Positions 50,362-57,353 of a stretch of DNA of 64,000 bases are shown piece after piece (the stretch's first letter is position 1; each line of letters begins with the position of its first letter). Source of the DNA: an uncultured delta proteobacterium. GTDB taxonomy: Bacteria; Myxococcota_A; Polyangia; Polyangiales; Polyangiaceae. The DNA is taken from positions 32,001-96,000 of the forward strand of contig CAVQUB010000004.1 in NCBI GenBank assembly GCA_963716725.1. The letters run 5' to 3'. The notes below the pieces were generated by a model. That model saw only the letters and a program-made list of their open reading frames with translations. It was not told where the DNA came from and searched no databases. Position numbers and translations under genes: made by a program.

Positions 50362-51989
50362 GCCTGGGGCCCTCCGGCGTGGGACGCCACCGCAGAGCGC
50401 GCGAGTGTGCGTCCGAGATCGTAACCCTTGAGGCGATTGCCGTAGTAGAGCAGCAAGTTTCGGTCCTCGTGGAACACACGTTCGCCGCGGCGCACGGCCG
50501 CCGCCCGCGTGTGATAGCTGCTGAAGGCGCGCAGGGCGTCAGTGACGACCGCCTGCGGGTCCTGGGACAAACTCTCGGAGAGCCGCGGACCCCGCCTCGA
50601 GTGCCGAAGCGCCTCGATCACGCGCTCCGTCTCGCTCGCGAGGTCGCTGAAGAGGACGCTGGGTGAGCGGCCGCCGGTGCGGAGGAGTCGGTACAGGTCC
50701 ATCTCGGGGTTGTCGCGTTGGATCATGTCGAGCAGCGCGTAGCCGACGACGTGGGTGCTCATCGCGACGTTGTCCCGGGCGAACTCCCGAGCAATCGCCG
50801 ACGCGAGCTCGTTGGTGTACTCCTCGTCACGTTGAGCGTCGTGCACGGGCGCTCCGGCGTCGCAGACGTAGGTCGAGGAGTCGATCAGGCGCCCGCGTGG
50901 GTCGAGGCTGCGCCCCTCCTCGTCCACGTAGTTGCCCACCACGTCTAGGGGCTGGCTGAACGTGATCACCACCCGACTGTCCAGAGAGACCATGTTCGAC
51001 ATGAAGTTCAACACCTGCTTGGGGCGGCTGAACTCGTCGTCTTCGATGATGTAGCGGTTCTTGCCCACCTCTTTCAGGTGGTCGTCGATCAGCGTCTCGG
51101 CCTCGAGGCCGAGTTTGTACGAAATGGTGCAGGGCACGACGTAGAGGTTCGGCTTCTCGCGGTGGCTCTGCAGATTGCCCACGTAGGCGCGGACCGCCGT
51201 GCCGAGCAGGCCGCGCTTGAGCTTCTGCTCCAGCGCGCCGCTGCGTGAGCGGGTTCCGCCCGGGAAGAACAGGTTGTTGTAGTCGAGCTCGAGCGCGACG
51301 GTGGCGTACTCTTTGAGTACCTCCTTGTAGAGGCCCGCGGTCTTCTTTCGATCCACCCGGTAAGCGCCCAGGTTGTTCATGAAGAACGACGTGACCGGGT
51401 TGTTGAACAGGTTGAGCCCCGCTCCGTAGAGCAACGGCGGCAAGCCCATCAGGTGAACCGCGTAGCCGAGCACGATGCTGTCGAGGTGCGAAGAATGCGT
51501 CGGCACCACGACCAGGGTGCCTTTGTCGAGCAGCTTGCGCACGTGGTCCACCGAGCCCTGGATCTGCACGTGGTCGGAGAGCCCGCGTCGGAGGGAGCCG
51601 AGCGAGCCGAGCTTGCCCGGGGACATCGCCGTGAGCAGCACGCTCAGCCCCGTCGGGATCACGGTGGTCGAGAACTTGTACACGCGGTCGTCGAAGTTGC
51701 CCACGATCTCCGCGGCGAAGCGCAGCGCGATCTGATCGAGGAGTTCGCGCAGGTCGCGGGCGGAAGCGTGTCGGAGGCGCTTCTGCACGCGGTGGTAAAA
51801 GGCGTGGTCCTCGGCGATGCGGGCGTCGCCGCCGCGCTCGCGCTCGAGTCGTCGGCGTTCGTGGTAGAGCGTGTCGTTCACCAAGGCTTCGAGCCCCACC
51901 TCTTCGGGTAGGCGCAGCGATGCCACGTGACGGTCGACGACGCGCGTGGCCGCCTCGATTCGGGCGCGTTCGCGGTGCTCGGGTCGCAT
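50358..51989 (-). CDS. plsB: Glycerol-3-phosphate acyltransferase, PlsB-like
   Basis: PTHSSHLD, AGLNL, GAYRVDR, FFPGGTRSRSG. Stop overlaps the gpsA start (ATGA). Confidence 0.82.
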   Translation of the reverse strand: MRPEHRERARIEAATRVVDRHVASLRLPEEVGLEALVNDTLYHERRRLERERGGDARIAEDHAFYHRVQKRLRHASARDLRELLDQIALRFAAEIVGNFDDRVYKFSTTVIPTGLSVLLTAMSPGKLGSLGSLRRGLSDHVQIQGSVDHVRKLLDKGTLVVVPTHSSHLDSIVLGYAVHLMGLPPLLYGAGLNLFNNPVTSFFMNNLGAYRVDRKKTAGLYKEVLKEYATVALELDYNNLFFPGGTRSRSGALEQKLKRGLLGTAVRAYVGNLQSHREKPNLYVVPCTISYKLGLEAETLIDDHLKEVGKNRYIIEDDEFSRPKQVLNFMSNMVSLDSRVVITFSQPLDVVGNYVDEEGRSLDPRGRLIDSSTYVCDAGAPVHDAQRDEEYTNELASAIAREFARDNVAMSTHVVGYALLDMIQRDNPEMDLYRLLRTGGRSPSVLFSDLASETERVIEALRHSRRGPRLSESLSQDPQAVVTDALRAFSSYHTRAAAVRRGERVFHEDRNLLLYYGNRLKGYDLGRTLARSAVASHAGGPQA

Positions 51990-52085
51990 GGGAGCCCGAG
52001 CCTACAACGACCCGGCGGGCGCGGGCACAGTCATCCTGCGGCGCTTTTTGTCGCGCATTATCGGGCGGTGCGCTATGGCCGTCTC

Positions 52086-53018
52086 GTGTCATCAGCCGAT
52101 TCCGAGCGTGAGGCCGCGGGGGCCCGAGGGCCGGCACGTGAGCGGCGCGCGCCGCCTTCGCGACTGCCGGCGCCCCGGCAGGCTGGGCGCTCGCCGGTCC
52201 TGCCCTTTGCCATTGGCTTGGGCTTGGGCCTCGCGGTCGCGGTCGGGGTCATCGGCTTCGGATCGTCCAAGCGCCGGGGCCTGAACGCCCAGCTCGAGGC
52301 GCGCTGCGAGGGCCGAGAGATCGCCGCCTGCCGACAGCTGGCGCTCTCGCATCAGATCGGTCTCGAGGGTGCCCGCGACGAGAAGCGCGCGGCCGAGCTC
52401 TTCGAGCGTGCCTGCAACGCAGACGACGCCGCCGCGTGCCTCCACTACGCCAAGTCCATCGAGGCTGCCCGCGCGGGCGGAGTCGACCACGGCCGCGTGA
52501 TCACACTCCTCGAGCGCGCGTGTCAGGCTTCGGAGGCCGAGGCCTGCGCGGCCCTCGGGAAGCGCTACGAGAAGGGACGAGGAACCGCCAAGGATCCCGC
52601 GCGAGCCTTGCAGTTCTACCAACGGGGTTGCGACTACGGCAGCGCCGAGGCCTGCGGTGGCCTGGCGCTGGCGAAATACATCGGCATGGGCACCGAGCCC
52701 AACGTGGAGCAGGCGGTGGTGCTCTTCCAGAAGGCCTGCGATGGCGGCGACGCCGACGGCTGTCACGGCTTCGGGCGCATGGTGCTGGGCGGGCGCGGGG
52801 TGCAGAAGGACGAAGCCAAGGCCGTGCAACTCTTCGAGCGCTCCTGCGACGGCGGCTCGATCATGGGCTGCCGGGCCCTTGGCCTGATGCTTTCCGACGA
52901 AAAAGGCGCGCTGCCGGCCGATCCGGCCCGCGGCAGGAAGATGTTCGAGCGCGCCTGCGATCTGGGCGATCAGGTCTCCTGCGACCGGCTCGATCGTCCC
53001 GCGGCGGGCGCACGCTAG
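52086..53018 (+). CDS. Sel1/Hcp-like Cys-rich repeat protein (start uncertain)
   Basis: Repeats of AC..LG..Y..G.G...D..RA..LF.RAC after a TM helix. Confidence 0.88.
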   Translation: MSSADSEREAAGARGPARERRAPPSRLPAPRQAGRSPVLPFAIGLGLGLAVAVGVIGFGSSKRRGLNAQLEARCEGREIAACRQLALSHQIGLEGARDEKRAAELFERACNADDAAACLHYAKSIEAARAGGVDHGRVITLLERACQASEAEACAALGKRYEKGRGTAKDPARALQFYQRGCDYGSAEACGGLALAKYIGMGTEPNVEQAVVLFQKACDGGDADGCHGFGRMVLGGRGVQKDEAKAVQLFERSCDGGSIMGCRALGLMLSDEKGALPADPARGRKMFERACDLGDQVSCDRLDRPAAGAR

Positions 53019-53156
53019 CCGCTGCGGGGCAGGCCTATGCCGCCGGCGAGGACGGCGTCGGCCGAGAATCCAAAGCCCTCGGGGCCTGGCGCCGGACGAT
53101 CACCGTGCTCTAGTGCCGCGCGGCCGAAGTTCGAGTGGATTCGCCCCTGAGACCTG

Positions 53157-53409
53157 CGCTCATTTGGGCTCTCACAGGAAGGGCGGAAGAGCGGAAGGAT
53201 TTGGGGTGGTCAGGCGTTAGCCTCCGCAGGCCATTTCTGAGCGCGGTCACGTTGAAGTTGACGAGCAGGCCGACGGGCAACCGCTCATTTGGGCTCTCAC
53301 AGGAAGGGCGGAAGAGCGGAAGGATTTGGGGTGGTCAGGCGTTAGCCTCCGCAGGCCATTTCTGAGCGCGGTCACGTCGAAGTTGACGAGCAGGCCGACG
53401 GGCAACCGC
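53157..53409. repeat. 125-bp tandem duplication of the GxxExxY 3' end
   Basis: 53157-53284 and 53282-53409 are identical except T53253/C53378. Confidence 0.92.
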
Positions 53410-53730
53410 GAAAGGCGCAGATAGGTGATGACCTGCGCTTCGTAAATCGGGAGCAGCCGCTCGACCGCCTTGAGCTCCAGGAGGATACGATCTGGAAGCG
53501 ACCAGGTCGAGGCGATAGGCGCAGTCAAGGTGTACGCCTTTGTAGCGGATTGGTAGCGGTCGCTGCCGCTCGAACTTGAGCCGTCGTTCGGACAGCTCGG
53601 CAGATAGACAGGCCTCATATGCGGATTCCATCAGCCCTGGACCGAGATGCCGATGCACCTCGATCAGCGCACCGATCACCTCGTCCGTCCCATCCCCAAA
53701 TCTTCCGAGCTTTCGCCCTTCCTGTGCCAT
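53247..53730 (-). pseudogene. GxxExxY protein (PD-(D/E)XK superfamily), frameshifted near 53495
   Basis: VIGALIEVHRHLGPGLMESAYEACL...YRLDLV / ILLELKAVERLLPIYEAQVITYLRLS...GLLVNF. Confidence 0.88.
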
Positions 53731-53797
53731 CCCCGTGTGGTCGGGCCTCACTCCGAAACAGTTGCGGCTTTCTTCGCAGAAAGTGAGGGGATTTTTC

Positions 53798-54234
53798 TGG
53801 ATTCGGCCCACGACTCGGGGCGGTACGACCAGCGAAAGGGTCGGTCGGTCTGCAGATACCACGCGACGTACGCGTCGATCCTCGCCGCGAGGTCGTCGGT
53901 GCTTCTACTCGAGCCGCTACGGTGTCCGAGAGAGAGAGGGCGGCCGTCCCGAGCGCGGGGCGTCCGCCAGTCTCTCGCTAGGTGCCGCGCAGTCGAAGCG
54001 CTTGCGCCAGTCGTCCACCGTGCGCACGTGCACCCCGAGGAGCCGGGCGATGTCCGTCGCAGGCACTCCGTCCGCCATCATCAACACGGCCTGCGCCCGA
54101 CGAACCAGCCGCTGCTCCGCCCTGGCGGGTCGCAACGCCTCCTCGATCCGCGCGCGCTCTTCAGCCCTCAGCGCGAGCGGAACCGTCGGACGACCACCGT
54201 GCGCTCGGCCCGCGAACGCGCTGTAGTCGATCAT
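53798..54234 (-). pseudogene. IS630 transposase remnant: N-terminal HTH plus extreme C-terminus; DDE domain deleted
   Basis: RAQAVLMMADG...IARLLGV..RTV..WRKRF...LADAPRSGRPP, then STDDLAARIDAYVAWY...RPFRWSY. Confidence 0.85.
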
Positions 54235-54299
54235 GTCACCCCACTACACCGACGACACGCACACGGAAAAGAAACCAGCGAAACTTCTGCCGCGCGGCA

Positions 54300-54584
54300 C
54301 TAGTGCTTGTAGACCTTGTGCTGCGGGCGGCCCGCCAGGATCTGTTCTTTGCCCCAGTTGGTGACGGCTCGGAAGGTATCGCTCTGGATGAAATCCCGGA
54401 AGGCCTGCTCGTCGGACCACTCGCTGGTGATCAGATACGAAGCGTCATCGCTCACGTCCTTCCAGAGTGTCGAATTCGTATGACCGGACGCGGAGCGCAG
54501 GGCGCCGATCACTGAGGCGAACTTCTCTTCGAAGTCGCGCTGCTTGCCCGGCAAGACGCGATAATTCATGCCAACGGTTACCAA
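54300..54584 (-). CDS. Antibiotic biosynthesis monooxygenase (ABM)-family protein
   Basis: AGGAG RBS + TTG; YRVLPGKQRDFEEKF...YLITSEWSDEQAF. The stop TAG coincides with the IS target site. Confidence 0.85.
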   Translation of the reverse strand: MVTVGMNYRVLPGKQRDFEEKFASVIGALRSASGHTNSTLWKDVSDDASYLITSEWSDEQAFRDFIQSDTFRAVTNWGKEQILAGRPQHKVYKH

Positions 54585-54710
54585 GGTGAAACTCTCCTGA
54601 GCGATGGACCATGCACCGGCCATTCGCCGGAGCATGCCTGAGCACCACGAATGCGGCGTCGCTGTCAATGCCGCAGGGCGCCGGGGGGGGCTGCGGCCCG
54701 TGGGCAGCCC

Positions 54711-56837
54711 TCACTCTTCGAGGTGGGCCAGCGGCGGAAGCGGCAACCGGCCGCCGCCCATGAAGGTCGCGACCAAGCCCGAGCAGCGCGCCCCGCCGCC
54801 CGCTCCTGACATCGGCAGCAACTTGGCGGTCAGCAGATCTCTTCCGGCGCGCACGCTCAGATCGGCAAGCGCCGCATCGGCGCCGTCGGCGCAGCCCGCG
54901 CCCGAGAGCACGACGGAGCGCTTGCCCTCGAGAGGCACGAAGTGCAGCACCGCACCGTCCGCGAGACGATCGAGCCGCAGGCCGTAGAGATCGCTGCGCG
55001 CCAGGAACTTCCCATCCGCCGAGATCGCGGCTTCGGCCGTGTCGTGGCTCGTGGTCGGGGCTCGGGCGATCACGCTGCCGGTCGTCGAGTCGCGAACCTC
55101 GACGCCGTGGCCGGTCGAGACGATGAGCTGGTCGTGATTCGGGCCAAAGCGCAGGAAGCGGGCGCGACCGCCGGCGATTGGGAAGCTGCGCTCGGGTTTC
55201 CAGCTCTTGGTGGACCAGATCGTGATTTCGCCCGTGACGCTCATGGCGAGCAGCTTGCCGCTCGGGCTGAACGCGGCGGCGGGGTATTGATCGGAGGTGA
55301 GCTGTCGCAAGAGCACGCCGCTGCGCGTATCGACGACATTCGCCCCTTCCTCCAGGGAAAGTGCCCAGTGGCCGCCGGGCTGCCCGAGGCGCTCGACGTA
55401 GCAACGGGCGGGCTTCTGGCCGTCGACCGCCGCGAGCGAGTTGGCGTCCCGCAGGACCGCGGTGGGATCATCGTTCCGCGCGATCGCGACGCGCTGGTCC
55501 GAAACGAAGCGCACGCAGGTTGGCATGATCGGGCCTACGGCCTCGGCGAGAGTCTCTCCCGTCGACAGGTCGATGAGCACGAGCTTGCCGCTTCCGAATG
55601 CGATCAGCGCGCGCGTTCCGCCGGGATTCAGCGCGAATTCTCCGATGTAGTCGTCGGGCGACGGCTGCAGCTCTGCGATCAGCGCGCCGGACTTCGCGCT
55701 CCAGACGCGAAGGTCGCCTCGAGCCTCGAGGATCCGATCCCCGTGCCACTGCACGACCAGGCGTCGATTGGAGACCCGGTTCGGCGGTGAGCCCCAGAGC
55801 CGCCTGAGCGGCTTCTTGGCTTTGGCGTCCCAAAGCGTCACGGAGAAGTCGAGCCCGGTCGCCCAGCGCGAGCCGTCTGAGCTCCAATCGAAGGAGTCCG
55901 GAATGAACCCCGTCCCCGGCCGCGGTGCGTCGTCCACGACCTCGTCCAAGGGCCATGCGTCTCCGACCGAGAAGCGGCGAAGGGTTCCACCGGTGTCGAA
56001 GGCCACCACCTTGCCCGTTGGGTCGAAGGCGGCGCGCCCTTGCAAGCCTTGGGTCAGGATCAGCTGGCGCCGCTCTCCCGTTTTTGCATCGAGCAGCACC
56101 GTCGGATCGCCCACCGCCAGGGTCGAGCCATCGGGGCTCACCCGCACCGATTTGTAGGGCACCGCGCCTCCAGGGGCCTTCTTCTGGGCGAAGCGCAGGG
56201 TCCCGTCAGCTTCGTAGACCGTGAGCACTCCGCTCTCATCGCTCACGGCCAGCGCGCCGCCGGGCAAGAACTCGAGCCCGCTCACCCAACCCGGCGTCTG
56301 CCAGGTCGGCAGGGTCGCGCCGGTCTCGGCGCTCCAGCGCAGGACCTTGCGCACGTAGCCCGCGGCGATCGTCTTGCCGTCGGGGCTCCAGGCGAGTGCG
56401 GCGATATTCGCGCCCGATTCTGTTTGGGCCAAGGTCCGGAATGGGGACGCATTTTTCAGATCCCAAATCACGACTCCGTGCTTGGCGGCTGCCAAGCGCT
56501 TGCTGTCCGGACTCCACGCCAGCGCGCTCGAGTGCATGCCCGCTTGGAGGAGTACGGCACGCAGGGCGCCGTCCTTGGCGTCGAAGAGCAGCGTCTCTTC
56601 GAACCCAGTCGCCAGTGCCAAGAGCCGGCCGTCGGGCGAAAACCGAAGATCGCGAAGGCGGTCCGCGCGCAGCGGTGACACGATGGCCACGGCAGGCAGA
56701 TCTCGGGGCTGGGGCGATTCGGTTGCGGCCGGCGGCGCCGGCGTTCCGGCGGTGTCGCCGCTTCGCGCTGTGACGCCGGCGTGGTTCGGACTGCACGCTG
56801 CGCTGAGGCCCAAGGCGAGCGCGATCGAAAGGCGCAT
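54711..56837 (-). CDS. WD40-repeat lipoprotein
   Basis: Lipobox SAAC; repeated FSPDG/WSPDG blades, VVIWD, VTLWD. Confidence 0.88.
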   Translation of the reverse strand: MRLSIALALGLSAACSPNHAGVTARSGDTAGTPAPPAATESPQPRDLPAVAIVSPLRADRLRDLRFSPDGRLLALATGFEETLLFDAKDGALRAVLLQAGMHSSALAWSPDSKRLAAAKHGVVIWDLKNASPFRTLAQTESGANIAALAWSPDGKTIAAGYVRKVLRWSAETGATLPTWQTPGWVSGLEFLPGGALAVSDESGVLTVYEADGTLRFAQKKAPGGAVPYKSVRVSPDGSTLAVGDPTVLLDAKTGERRQLILTQGLQGRAAFDPTGKVVAFDTGGTLRRFSVGDAWPLDEVVDDAPRPGTGFIPDSFDWSSDGSRWATGLDFSVTLWDAKAKKPLRRLWGSPPNRVSNRRLVVQWHGDRILEARGDLRVWSAKSGALIAELQPSPDDYIGEFALNPGGTRALIAFGSGKLVLIDLSTGETLAEAVGPIMPTCVRFVSDQRVAIARNDDPTAVLRDANSLAAVDGQKPARCYVERLGQPGGHWALSLEEGANVVDTRSGVLLRQLTSDQYPAAAFSPSGKLLAMSVTGEITIWSTKSWKPERSFPIAGGRARFLRFGPNHDQLIVSTGHGVEVRDSTTGSVIARAPTTSHDTAEAAISADGKFLARSDLYGLRLDRLADGAVLHFVPLEGKRSVVLSGAGCADGADAALADLSVRAGRDLLTAKLLPMSGAGGGARCSGLVATFMGGGRLPLPPLAHLEE

Positions 56838-57041
56838 GGCGAGGGTCGTAGTCCGCAGGGCGAGGGGATGGAACGGGCGGCCTCATTCGGGCGTGGTGGG
56901 GGGGGTCTCCGGCGTCCATCCCGGTGCGAATCCCTCCAACACGGCTCAAGCGCGCCCTGCGGCGGCCTGCACGGAACTACTCCCCGAAGCTAGGCGCCTG
57001 CCCTATCATTCGCGGTCGTGGGGAGGTGCCGTCGGAAGTAG

Positions 57042-57353
57042 AGAGCACGTATCTGGGTGGCACCGCGGCACGAGTCCGCGCGCGCCGCGCCGGCGGCCTC
57101 ACCTCCGGCCTCACCCGCGGCGAGCGACCTCCCGCCTGCAGCGGCCTCCGCGAGCCCGACCCTGGTCGCCCACGAGCCGCCCCTCGCATCCGCAGCCTCC
57201 GCCAGCGCTACCCCGCCCCATGCTCCGTCCCCGCCACGAGCTCGGGACCCCGTCGACCGCACGCCCCGAAAGAAGCCCATCGCCGATGTTCCACCTGCTG
57301 CCTCCGCGCCTGCACCCACGAAGCCCCCGCTCGAGATCAAGCTGGAGCGCTGA
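57042..57353 (+). pseudogene. Orphan Pro/Ala-rich tail resembling the C-terminus of a myxobacterial membrane kinase
   Basis: ...IWVAPRHES...PAPTKPPLEIKLER*. In-frame stop at 57039; no kinase domain upstream. Confidence 0.4.

Larger units (their letters stand above)
53144..53797 (-). mobile_element. GxxExxY-encoding insertion unit with 8-bp flanking direct repeat
   Basis: TGGATTCG at 53136-53143 and 53798-53805. Excision restores the IS630 transposase C-terminus in frame. Confidence 0.7.
53113..54300 (-). mobile_element. Non-autonomous IS630-family element
   Basis: TIRs gtgccgcgcggccgaagtt (53113-53131) and aacttctgccgcgcggcac (54282-54300), 18/19 match. Flanking TA at 53111-53112 and 54301-54302 in CTAG context. 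Transposase remnants inside. Confidence 0.88.

Noticed and set aside
53157..53409. Possible diversity-generating retroelement TR/VR pair (A-to-G difference on the coding strand)
   Set aside because: Only one mismatch, the copies are directly tandem with junction microhomology, and there is no reverse transcriptase in the window.
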